Under the pieces are notes generated by a model. The model was not told the origin of the DNA, did no database searches, and saw nothing but the letters and a program-made list of their open reading frames with translations. DNA of 64,000 nucleotides, taken from NCBI RefSeq assembly GCF_009914755.1, contig NC_060927.1. One strand, given 5' to 3'. Below, piece by piece: positions 12,790 through 27,049 of the stretch. Position 1 is the first letter of the stretch. Each line of letters begins with the position of its first letter. Made by a program: the position numbers and the translations under genes. This DNA is from the human T2T-CHM13v2.0 reference genome, Homo sapiens.

Positions 12790-13690
12790 ACTTCTGTCTT
12801 CTGGATTTTTGCCATCAGTTCCTTTTTAGTCCATTACTTTACCTCACCCCAGTCCTTGGCAAAAATGTATTTATTTTCTTTTCCTTTGGTTTTACCATTT
12901 CTAGAGTATCATGTAAATGAAATAAGACTATATTTAGTGTTTTACATCTGGCTTCCCTAACATACTGCTTTAGAGTTGCCATTTTGTTGCATACATCAGT
13001 AGTTCATTCCATTTAATTGTTCAGAAGTATCTTATTGTATGGATATACTAAAATTTCTTTACCCACTTCCAGATTGAGGGAAACTGGTTTTTTCTTAGTG
13101 TTTGGCTATTATGAATAAATCTGTTATAAATATTTGTTTACAGGTCTTTGTGTAGTCCTACATTTGCATTTATTTTGAGTAAAAACCTAGAAGTGACATA
13201 ACAAGATCATATGATAATTGTTTATGTAACTTTACAATTAGGTACTCTAATGCATTTCAGGTGTTCTACTCCCTCAAGAAACTTTCAAACTGTTTTCCAT
13301 AGTGTCTGCATAATCTTGCATTTCTACCAGCAAGTATGAGTTTCATTTGATCCATGTAACCAAGACTTCGATCTATCACTTTTTTTTTCTTAAATTTTAC
13401 CCATTCTGATGGATATACATGGGTATCACATCATGTTTTTAATTTGCATTTCGCTGATGAGAAATGTTGAAATCTTTTCATGTGTTTATTATTGGTATAT
13501 ATTCTTTATTGACATACCACTTCAAATCTTGTCTATATTTTGTATATGGTTTTCTTACTATTATTGAGTCCTAAGAGCACTTTTTAATATTCTGGGCACA
13601 GTGCTACTGACAATTTTCTTCAATTCTGTGGCTTGTGTTTACATTTTCTTAACGGTGTGTTTTGAAGAATGGAAGTTTCTAATTTGGTGA
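12790..13690 (-). mobile_element. Ancient L1M (L1MC/ME-type) fragment
   Basis: Degenerate antisense L1 3' motifs (TTTGGCTATTATGAATAAA, CATTTCTACCAGCAAGTATGAG, TTTTAATTTGCATTTC). Boundaries approximate. Confidence 0.65.
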
Positions 13691-13816
13691 CACCTGTAAA
13701 CTGTAATAGAAAGTTTGATTTTATTTTGATCCTTTTGGACAGCTTTCATGCCCAACACATATCACTTTGCGTTGTGCCTCACTTCTATGAAAGCTGATAA
13801 GAAATTTCAGGTGCTC

Positions 13817-14265
<449 letters not shown>

Positions 14266-14318
14266 TCACTTCTTGCTCTAGAAGTTTGTGTTGATTTTCC
14301 CAGAAAGCCTCATTATGA

Positions 14319-14410
14319 GAGCTGAGGCGGGAAGATCGCTTGAGCTCAGGAATTTCAGATCAGCCTAGGTAAAATAGCAAGGCCCCATCTCCAAATAATA
14401 ATAATAACAA
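14319..14410 (+). mobile_element. FLAM/AluJ left-monomer fragment
   Basis: GCTGAGGCGGGAAGATCGCTTGAGCTCAGGAATTTCAG..CAGCCTAGG with an (AAT)n tail. Confidence 0.7.
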
Positions 14411-14471
14411 TTAAGGAATTAGCCTATTTCTGTCCTCTTGGTACACGTGTGGCATCATCAGTCTTAATATT

Positions 14472-14935
14472 TGTATCAGTTGTCTATTGATACTGTAACA
14501 AATTACCGAACACGTAAACTGACTTTAAAGAGCACAAAGTTATTGTCTTAAGTGTTCTATGTTTTAGAAGTTTCACTGGATGAAAATTCATGTAGTGGCA
14601 AGATTAATGAACTTTATGGAGTCTGTGGGAAATAACTAATTGCTTTGCTTTTTCCAGCTTTGAGATATCACTTGTAATCCTAATACGATAGCTTCTTTCT
14701 GCAACTTCAAGCCCCCAGTGTTGCATCTTCAAATGTCTTTCTGACTCTGGCCCCTCTCCTTCCATATTCAACTTTATTCTTACATCAAGTCCACACAAAT
14801 AATCTGGATTATTTTCCCATTTTGAGGTCCGCTGCTTAGCGACCTTAATTCTATTTCCACCTTAATTTTCCTTTATTCTATAAATTAACATATCCGCAGG
14901 TTATTAATCCTCAGAATAGATATTCCTTTTTGCCT
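14472..14935 (-). mobile_element. MLT1-type (MaLR) solo LTR
   Basis: Begins TGTATCAGTTGTCTATTGATACTGTAACAAATTACC, the reverse complement of the MLT1 3' end. Right boundary approximate. Confidence 0.7.
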
Positions 14936-15240
14936 AGGTGTCCGTAGGGTTTTTAAACTGGCACAATAGTTCACACTTGGCTTTTAATAATTTGGTAAAA
15001 GTACAGGCTTTTTTTCTTTTTGCTTTGATGGTTTCTACCTCTTTTTATATTCTCTACCAAAGTTGAAACATTTTATGTGGCTCCATTTCTCCTCAGAGGT
15101 GTTTGGTACTCTCTGAAATTCAGTCCCTCTGGCCTCCCTGCAAGCTTAGCTCTCAGATAAGCTCAAAAGTATAATTTTGTAGATTATTCTGCTTTTTCTG
15201 GTTTTTAGTATATGGCATTTACTTACAGCCTTTTAAATTT

Positions 15241-15585
<345 letters not shown>

Positions 15586-15737
15586 TTTTAACATTTTAAG
15601 TCAAAATGCAACCTATTTACTGCTTAAAATTCCTTTCAGTATTAACATTTGGATCCACACGCAGAATGAGCATGTAATTCAAAGTATTTATAGCTCTGTG
15701 ACCTCACTCTATGACTAAAACTATGTTTTCTCCTCAA

Positions 15738-15965
15738 GTAATAATAGCACACATTTATGGAAAAATTAGAAGATCCATGAACAGTGCTAATTGTTTTACA
15801 TGCATTATTCTCATGTAATCAGCAAATCAACCCTTTGAGGAAGTGGCCTTATGATCCCCATTTATATAAGAATATCCTAAAGTGCCTATAGGCACACAGC
15901 TAGATAGAATGTGGCAGAAAAAAAAATCCAAGTTTTAAATTTCATACCTATACCTTTAATTATTA
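15738..15965 (-). mobile_element. MIR SINE
   Basis: TTTTACATGCATTATTCTCATGTAATC..AACCCTTTGAGG..ATCCCCATTT. Confidence 0.55.
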
Positions 15966-16684
15966 AGTAATAGAGTCCCCATTTAATAATCTATTCTTAT
16001 GGACAAGTCACAAATGTCTGCCTCATTTTGTAAGTCATGACAAAGCCTAAAGTCAGATTTCTGAAATATGTAATCATACTAGATCTTTCAACAAAGGCGC
16101 CATAAATATGTGAATATAGTCTCAATCTTCAGTTACGAAAATAACCCTGGCTCATGTTTTTGTATTCCTCTTTTTAATGGGACCCCTGCCACAAGTTTCA
16201 GGTTTATGCCAGATGGTTGTAAATTGAAAAACGAATAAAAGGGGAAATAAAATATCCTTTTCCTTCTGCTCCCTGGCCACAGATATCCAATAAAAACAAT
16301 AGACAGCAGATTAGTTTTGATAAGTAATTGACTTTTACCAAAGAGTATGTTACCTTAAGAAAAAATCTGACAAAAAAGTTTTATGTGACACTAGGGAATG
16401 AGTGTCCTTTTAACAAAGTAAGAGAAAAGGAACTCTAAACAAAGGTAGAACTTCTAATATATATTTCTAGTAATAAAGAGCTCAAATATCCAAATATTAT
16501 GAATAAATATTAAATTATTTAATAGCTTAATCATATGACTTTTAATATAGCAACACATAATACATGTAAAATGAAAAATGTTATCTGTAAATACACCTGG
16601 ACATTTTTACTCTTGTAGAAAATTGTTGCTTGACTATGTTTCATACTGCCTCATTTTCATTTTCAGATTTGAATTTTTTTTAGC

Positions 16685-17670
16685 TCATTTATTTATTCAA
16701 TAAATATTTACCTCAGTAAACCAACTTTGTGACAGCAGTTTTCCAGGTACTGAGAATAAATCTGTAAATAAAACAACTCAATATTCCTATGCACATGGAG
16801 CGTACAAACTAGTAAGGAGAAACAAGCAATCAACAAACAATTTAAATCTATAGCCTGTCATATGGTGATAAAGATTATGGAAAAATTCTAGCAGGGAAGA
16901 ACATTAAAGAGGGCAAAGGTCAGGGTACCATTGTCAATAGGATGCTCAAAAGAGACCTCACTAACAAAGTGCCATTAGTGTGAAAATCTGAAGGAGAGAT
17001 AGAATAAATGCATCGGCCAGGTGTGGTGACTCACGCCTGTAATCCCAGCACTTTGGGAGGCCAAGGCAGGCGGATCACGAGATCAGGAGATCTAGACCAT
17101 CCTAGCTAACACCTTGAAACCCCGTCTCTACTAAAAAAAAATACAAAAAATTAGCTGGGCGTGGTGGCGGGTGCCTGTAGTCCCAGCTACGTGGGAGGCT
17201 GAGGCAGGGGAATGGCGTGAATCCGGGAGGCAGGGCTTGCAGTAAGCGGAGATGCGCCACTGCACTCCAGCCGGGGAGACAGAGCGAGACTCTGGCTCAA
17301 AATAATGATGATGATGATGATGATGAAAATAATAATAATAATAAATAAATGAATCATGCAGAGATTTGTCTAAAGAGCACTTGAGATTTAGAAAAGGAGC
17401 CAGGCAGAATCCATGAGACAGGCACATGCCTGGCAAGGAAGCCAGTATGATTTGGGAGGGAATAGGATGTGAGGTTAGAGAAAAAAGAGAGGGCCAAAGA
17501 ATGAAAATTCTTGTAGGTGACTTCTTGTAAATTCGTTGGCTTTTATTCTCACAAAGATGGGAAACTATGAGGAGTTTGAGAAGAATGAGAGTATTGGTCT
17601 TATATTTTTAAAGGATCACTCTGGCAGTGTTCATTTGAGAATAGACTCCAGTCGGCTAAGAGTAGAAGCT
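16685..17670 (-). mobile_element. L2 LINE 3' end interrupted by an AluY
   Basis: CATTTTATTTATTCAATAAATATTTA terminus and downstream L2 motif TTTTAAAGGATCACTCTGGC. Confidence 0.7.
17015..17343 (+). mobile_element. AluY with an (ATG)n(AAT)n microsatellite tail
   Basis: Y-type diagnostics. TSD AATAAATG(C/A)ATC at 17003-17014 and 17344-17355. Confidence 0.9.
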
Positions 17671-18579
17671 GACACAGTGACAAAAGTCTGATGCTTTATT
17701 TTTGCAGCTTATATATGCTGGAATTTTATCTTTCCAAGTATTGCCTTATGTTGCTACTTATTTACAGCTGCATAAAATCCTTTTCTACAATGGCATCACA
17801 TGATGTTCTGTGGTTTTCTTCTGTATTACAATGGATAAAAGAAACGACCCCCTTGAGGAAAGATAAATGACAAAGGTGAGTGGCAAGGTAATTACAGAAA
17901 GGTTCCCTCTATGTTTTATAAGCTTTAATTAAGTCCTACAATGTCCTCTAATGCACAAATACTGTTAAACCTATTTTGCAGAGGGTGAAAATGAGGCAAG
18001 CTGAAAAGTAACCAATCAAAAAAGTTACAAGATCAGAATTGGTTTTTTCTATGAAAAATATGCTCATCCTTTTTTTATAGATGAAAAACTCGTTTCTATC
18101 TCCATCAGTTTTTCTTACTATTTTCTTGATGCTCTGTTTTTGGCTTACAGACTTTCTTTTCCAGGAGAGAATTAGGAAGTAGGGTCATGCGAGGAGCTGA
18201 ATTGAGCTCCAATAGTCATAACATGGTAGGTGAACTGTTGGAGATTAATTGCTTACTGACACTGTCACTGCTGAGCACTCAGAATGTTTTAGCTTTACTG
18301 GTTTCATTAAATGTATAGTAAGAAAATCGTTTGGGCTATTGAAAAATTATTCATATAGCTGAAAGGAAGAGTAAGGATGTGAAGAAGCAAAGTTAGTGGC
18401 AAATCCCAGATATTTTAAGGTGTTTCATTGTGAGAGGCAGTTTAATATAAAAGACATGTAAAGAATACTGACTATTGATTCTTTCCAGATTTTGATTCAT
18501 TTTATAAAACTATTTTGAGGAACATGTCTTTTATGTTGAGATCTGTTTTGTGCACATGGGAGATAAGAACATAACCTAA

Positions 18580-18820
18580 GGTCATAGTTTAGAGCAGAAG
18601 CAAAGAAGTCAGACACCTTGTATTTAAATGTAGCTTCTGCCACTCAGTGTTTGTATTACCTTGTAAACACTACTAAACCTCTTTGTGTCTCATCTCTTCA
18701 TCTATGAAATGGTAATAATTATAACATCTTACTGAGTTTTGTAAGACATAAATAGATAATATATATTCTTAGGACAAATATAATAAGAGCTCAATAAGTG
18801 TTATATGATTGGTATTATTG
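18580..18820 (+). mobile_element. MIR SINE
   Basis: AACCTCTTTGTGTCTCATCTCTTCATCTATGAAATGG core and GCTCAATAAGTGTTA end. Confidence 0.65.
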
Positions 18821-18834
18821 TCATATTCATTTAG

Positions 18835-19670
18835 GCATGTCCCTGCCTCAAGTAGTTTGTATTGTATCCTGAACTATAAAAATAAGGCCTTTCAAAGAAA
18901 ATGTGACGTATGTGATAAAGCAGTTAGTTCTACAGAAGTTCAGAGTAGGAAAGGATGAGTAATGTGGTACAATGGCCACAGAATCATGTAGAAGGCTTTA
19001 GTTGTGAGCCAAGCCTTGAAAAAAATGTATTAGAACTGTGGTTCCAACAGATACAGTTCAAGAAGAATGGCTACTCAGGACAGAAGGAACCTGTGTAAAA
19101 TTGAAACTGCTAAGGTGAGTTTTCATATTTTATAAGAGAGAGATAAAATAAGATCCTATGTTAAGGTATGATTTGACTATGGAGAACACAAGAGGCCACA
19201 TAGGTGACTTAGAACATTGGAAGCTTTTGAGATCTCACTTTATTTAAGAAGTGCTTACAAAATAAAATGGCAGCAGAGTCCAGGAGAGATGCCTAGTTGC
19301 AGTCTGAATGAGCTAGTATGGGGTTGAGTCAATAAAAACCTTCCAATTGTGAGCAGCTAAAACTACAACAAAGGCAGTGGGGCGAAAAAATTGTTTAAGT
19401 TTCCCTAAAAAATTACTAAAGAGTATAATGACTGATTAGATATAGAGGGAGACACCGAGGGAAACTGGGATGAGTGACAGTGGCTCCAAAAATTTAGATA
19501 AACTGGAAAATGTTGACAGAGACTGGGAAAATATCATGAGTCACTGGAAGAAGGGGGTGAGTTGGATGGATTGGTCAGTTAAAATTTGGAAATGTTAAGA
19601 TTACTATGACGGAGAGTCAAGTGGAAATTGCCATCCATTGGACTGGAGTTCAGGAAAAGTAAGATAGATA
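18835..19670 (-). mobile_element. Degenerate L2 fragments
   Basis: Purine-rich L2-like motifs (TTTGGAAATGTTAAG..CAAGTGGAAATTGCCA..CTGGAGTTCAGGA). Boundaries approximate. Confidence 0.45.
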
Positions 19671-19943
19671 TAAAAAATAATATGAAAAAGATATAGAGTT
19701 TCTATCACGTATTCAAACTAAAATAGTTTCAGCATGTTTCTAGATAGATTTTTTTTTATTATAACATTCAGAAAAGGATGGAAAAACCAGTTAAGTCTAA
19801 TTATAACCTATGAACATAGGGGAAAAAACTCGTTGTCACATTAAGCAAGAATTCAAAAAATAACAAACACTTAACCAAAAGTTCTGCACTGTAAAGCCAC
19901 TTTTCTTCTTTCTCAACCTAACTTGTGTGTATAAACTAAATCA

Positions 19944-20080
19944 GGCAGCTGAATGGGAGGATCTTTTGAGCCCAGGAGTTCCAGGCTGCAGTGAGCTATA
20001 ATCGCTATAATCACGTCACTGCACTCCAGCCTGGACAACAGACCAAGACCCGTCTCTTAAAAAACAAACAAACAAAAAAA
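19944..20080 (+). mobile_element. FRAM/AluJ right-monomer fragment
   Basis: GAGCCCAGGAGTTCCAGGCTGCAGTGAGCTATAATC with a 9-bp GCTATAATC tandem duplication and A-rich tail. Confidence 0.75.
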
Positions 20081-20279
20081 GTATAGAACGTTTATTTTTA
20101 ATTTAGCACCAACCATTCTTTCATCTCTTAAGAACCTAAATAGGAACAATTCTAATAAGTAGCTGGGGCTGGAATAATAAATTGCATAAATCTATTTGGA
20201 GAATTAACATGGAAAATTACAGTGTCACAGTGATTATTTCCTTATATTTCATTAGTTGCGATCTCCACAGAGTATTTAA

Positions 20280-20684
<405 letters not shown>

Positions 20685-22265
20685 TGAATGGAGGAGATAC
20701 AGTGCTTTACACTGAATGGATCCAGCCAGCTATGGTTTCCAAGCTCTTGAGCCTGCTCTTTACAGTTTCCTTTAAAATGGTTATATTTGCTCTGGGAAGG
20801 TAATGCCAATAATCAAGCTTATTAGATGTGTACATAATTAAAGTTAATAGTCCTTGATAGGTGTCTTGAGGGCCCTTCAATGAGGAAAGGACATGAGATT
20901 TCAAGGCATGGGCTTCATAAAATCTCTTTTGGTTACTCAGATACATTCTGTAGTTTCTTTTTGTTTCAGAGTGAATTTGAGGATACTCAGACAATTAGAA
21001 CATTACTGTGAATACATCCCTAAATTTATTGTTTATTATCATGTAATATACCTTATTAAAATCTCCTTGCAAATTTTCAAATTATTTCTAATGCATATAG
21101 AAAATATGGCAGATTTTTAAACATTTAAATTGCCACCAAATTAAGAATGTTAAATTCAATATTGAGAAATAATATGAATTAAAACATGTAAAATTTAAAA
21201 ACTGTTTCAGACATATCCTGAAGTATTGAAATTTTCCTAAATGTTATGTGAATCCCATTTTTACAGTTAAGAATGCAGGAATTCTATTTTATGCTGATAA
21301 AAATCGATTGGAGTTCTCGTACAAAGGTGGTCCCTCCCTTCACAAATTTGGTTGGGAAATTTCAAACACCATTCTGTGAGGAAGCCAGGAAGTATTAACT
21401 TCAAACTTTTCAGCCCCATCCCACACACATATCTTCACATGAAGAAACTAAAGCACACAGTTACAGCAGATGTCACATAGCTAACAGTTGTGACCCTGGG
21501 ATGTAAAATGTGACTTTTATTAAAGGCTGTTTACATATGCCCTTTGATTTTGTCACCATTTGGAATTTTTTACTGGTTAACTTTTTCCAAAGTGTCAGGC
21601 TCTTGCTATGGGTTTATTGTCAACTCTCTCCGTGATTCTCCATCCACCTCTTTACTCCCTTCTCTCCTCACTCCTGTACATTTTTATTGATTAACTATAT
21701 AGAGAATTCAGCTATCTCTTTGTGTTTTCATCATCTTCTGTATATCAGAGTTTAAGCTCACATTCAGTAGTACTTACAAATTTATTTCCAGTTATAAAAT
21801 GATTTCCTGCCTATGATGAATTCTAGCATTATGTATTAAAATAGCAATTCATATTTTTCTTTTCCCTACAAAATATTTAAGTATAACATCATTCACATTA
21901 CTTTATCAGGATTCTGGCTAAATATATTGCTTTATATTAGTGCAGTACAGCTCTGGACAAACTGTTTTTTCTCTTTTTAGTATCCTGGAATTTGGGGGAA
22001 CATGGTTGCTCACAAAATGAGTCTGGTCTTTTGTTTTCTAGATGTCCAATATGCTCAAAAAGCATTGAAATCATTTAAAGTAATATTTAAGCCCATTTAT
22101 ACTGACATTGCCTTAATGAATATGAGAATTCTTTGCATTTTAGCTGAATATCCTCACAGTTTTAATCTACACATTCTAAGACCCGTATAGTATTAAAATT
22201 TTCCCACGTGATGAAGCAAGAAAAATAGCTATAAGTGGGAATTATAAAATGCAAGTATGTGGTAC

Positions 22266-22691
22266 TGTCTTGGTCCATTTGTGTTGCTGTAAATGAATAC
22301 TTGAGGCTGGGTAATTTATAAAGAAAATATATTTATTCGACTCACAGTCCTGCAGGCTGTAAAAGAAGAATGGCACTAACGTCTGCTTCCAGTGAGGGCT
22401 TCAGGCTGCTCTCACTCATGCTGGAAGGCCAAGAGGAACCAGCATGTGCAGAGATCACAAGATAAAAGCAGAGAGACAGAGAGAAAAGTGCTAGACTCTT
22501 AAACAACCAGCTCTCACAGGAACTAGCTGAGCAAAAAATTCACTCAACACTCTACCTCCCAGAAAAGATATTAATCTATTCATGAGGGATCCACTCCTAT
22601 AACCCAAACACCTCCTACTAGGCCCCACTCCCAACACCGGGGATCAAATTTCTATATGAGGCTTGGAAAGTCAAATGTCCAAACCATAGCA
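22266..22691 (-). mobile_element. MSTB-like (MaLR) solo LTR
   Basis: TGTCTTGGTCCATTTGTGTTGCT...CCAAACCATAGCA termini. 5-bp TSD GGTAC/GATAC (4/5). Confidence 0.8.
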
Positions 22692-23019
22692 GATACTTAC
22701 ACAAATCTAAAATTTACTTGTATGAAAGAAGTTTTATATTTTTAGCTCAAAAAATGAATATATAGATTTTTTTCAATGGATAGTAGTAATTGACTTTCTA
22801 CACTGAGATGAAAAAGGAACAAAGTTTGTTATACCAGAATATTTCAAAGTAAATAGCACAGAAATATATGTGATTGTCTCCAGATGCTAAGTAGGAAGTA
22901 CTTTTGATCAAGAAATGAAAAACCAGGTGGCAAAAAACAACCTACAAGGGATTATGAGAAACCAGACCAATATAAGAAATTGAGAAAAATCTGGATCTAT
23001 ATTTAATATTTCATATATA

Positions 23020-23284
23020 TGTTTTTAAATTAATGAATAATATTTCCACATTTTATGGGGTACATGAAATATTTTGTTAATTGCATAGAATGTGTAATAA
23101 TCGTCAGGATATTTAGGTTATCTATCACCTCAAGTGTTTATTATTTCTGTGTTGAGAACATTTCAAGTTCTCTCTCCTAGCTCTTTGGAAATAAAGCATT
23201 ATTATTAACTATAGCCACCGTACTCTGATCTCAAACATTGTAACTTATTTCTTCTATTTAACTATATGTTTGTACCCATTAACT
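23020..23284 (-). mobile_element. L1MA-type extreme 3' end
   Basis: TTTATGGGGTACATG..GAACATTTCAAGTTCTCTCTCCTAGCT..TGTTTGTACCCATTAAC, cut off abruptly at the EZR retrocopy. Confidence 0.75.
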
Positions 23285-24711
23285 AAGGAGGAGCTGGAGA
23301 GACAGGTGGTGGATCAGTGAAGAGCCAGGAGCAGCTGGCTGCGGAGCTTGCGGAGTACACAACCAAGATCGCACTCCTGGAAGAGGCACTGAGGCGCAAG
23401 GAGGATGAAGTTGAAGAGTGGCAGCACAGAGCCTGAGAAGACCAGGATGACCTGGTGAAGACCAAGGAGGAGCTGCACCTGGTGATTATGGCACCCCCCG
23501 CCCCCACTGCCCCTCGTATAGAAGCCGGTGAGCTACCATGTCCAAGACAGTTTGCAGGACGAGGGCTCTGAGCCCACGGGCTACAGAGCGGAGCTGTCTA
23601 GCGAGGGCATCCGGGATAACCGCAATGAAGAGAAACACATCACCGAAGCGGAGAAGAACGAGCGCGTGCAGCGGGCCCTGCTGACGCTGAGCGGCGAGCT
23701 GTCCCAGGCCCGAGATGAGAATAAGAGGACTCATAATTACATCATCCACAATGAGAACATGGGGCAAGGTGGGGACAAGTACAAGACGCTGCGGCAGATC
23801 CGGCAGGGCAACACCAAGCAGCGCATCGACCAGTTCGGGGCCATGTAATGGCCAGGCCAGGACCGAGGGCAGAGAGACGCTCTGCAGCGGGTGCTGCCGC
23901 CCTCACCTCCAGCCTCCTCACGCTTGTGTCTTTAGTGCTCCAAGTCTAGGAACCTCCTCATCAGATCTCAGTTCCTTTAAAAAGCAGTTACCCATGAGAA
24001 ACGTCCTGGTCTGAGAACCAGTGGAGGCGCCTTGGTTTGTTTTCCCTGATTGTATCATGGTGCCAAGCAGGCCAGATTCTGGCGATTATCTCGAATCCAC
24101 CTCCTGTGTTGTGCTGGGACCCGGACTGATTGAAATAAGGAAAATGCCTGTAAAGTCTGAGTAACAAACTTCATGCTGGACAGTGTGATACGAGATTCAG
24201 TATCATTAAAGGAAACCATGCCATGGCTTACACCTGTGCTATACTTTTTCTGTATTTGAAATGAGCTCAAATTGATTGATTTCTTGTTTTTAATTTATAT
24301 GAAGGATCCATCTTTGTATATTTATGTGCTTTTAGGGGTAAAAAGTTTGGAAATTGAGTCTGAAGCACTCTTGCACACACACAATGATTCTCTCCTTCCG
24401 TCACTCCACGCAGCTGGCAGAGATCGCAGTGGTCACCAGCGTGAGCGGCGTACGAGGACACTCGGATAAATTTGAAGAAAAAAAAATTTATTTTGTTTTT
24501 TGCTTAACAGTTAGAAGAATACATTGTTGGACTCATACACCTAATTAATGATCAGTTATATAGTATTATATATATTATAATATTATACAAGTGATAATAT
24601 GGATTTGTAACATTTGTAACATTAGTTTTAAAAAGGGAAAATTTTGTTCCGTATATTTTGTTACCTTTACAAAATAAAAGAATTACATATTAAAAACCAA
24701 AAAAAGAAAAA
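23285..24711 (+). pseudogene. EZR: 5'-truncated processed pseudogene of ezrin: C-terminal coding region (about 190 codons), full 3' UTR and poly(A)
   Basis: Translates as [55 protein letters not shown] and [59 protein letters not shown], matching the ezrin C-terminus. No introns. Frameshift near 23318, in-frame TGA at 23434-23436, frameshift in the polyproline tract. AATAAA at 24673-24678 followed by an A-rich tail. Confidence 0.95.
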
Positions 24712-26740
<2,029 letters not shown>

Positions 26741-27015
26741 TCCTATTTTTAGTTTTTTGAGAAATCTCCATGTTGTTTTTCATAATATCTGTACTAATTT
26801 ATATCCCCACTAACAGTGTATAAGAGTTCCCTTTTCTTCACATCCTTGCCAGCATTTGTAATTTTTTGTCTTTTTGATAATAACCATTTTAAGGGGTGAG
26901 AATGATATCTCATTGTGGTTTTGATTTCCATTTCCCTAATGATTAACGACGCTGAGCATTTTTTATATACCTGTTGGCCACTTGTTTTTCGTTTTTTGAG
27001 AAAACGATTTCTCAT
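26741..27015 (-). mobile_element. L1 ORF2 C-terminal fragment in opposite orientation
   Basis: Minus-strand ORF ...[16 protein letters not shown]...; orientation flips at 26740/26741. Confidence 0.8.
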
Positions 27016-27049
27016 TTTTTTAATGTGCATATGTTGGTATTAACCACAT

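Noticed and set aside
17131-17436. ORF with poly-Tyr/poly-His tract
   Set aside because: Translation of an antisense Alu and its microsatellite tail.
23285-23848. Functional ERM gene exon, or a radixin/moesin copy
   Set aside because: Intronless with a stop and frameshifts and an attached 3' UTR/poly(A); the sequence [24 protein letters not shown] is ezrin-specific.
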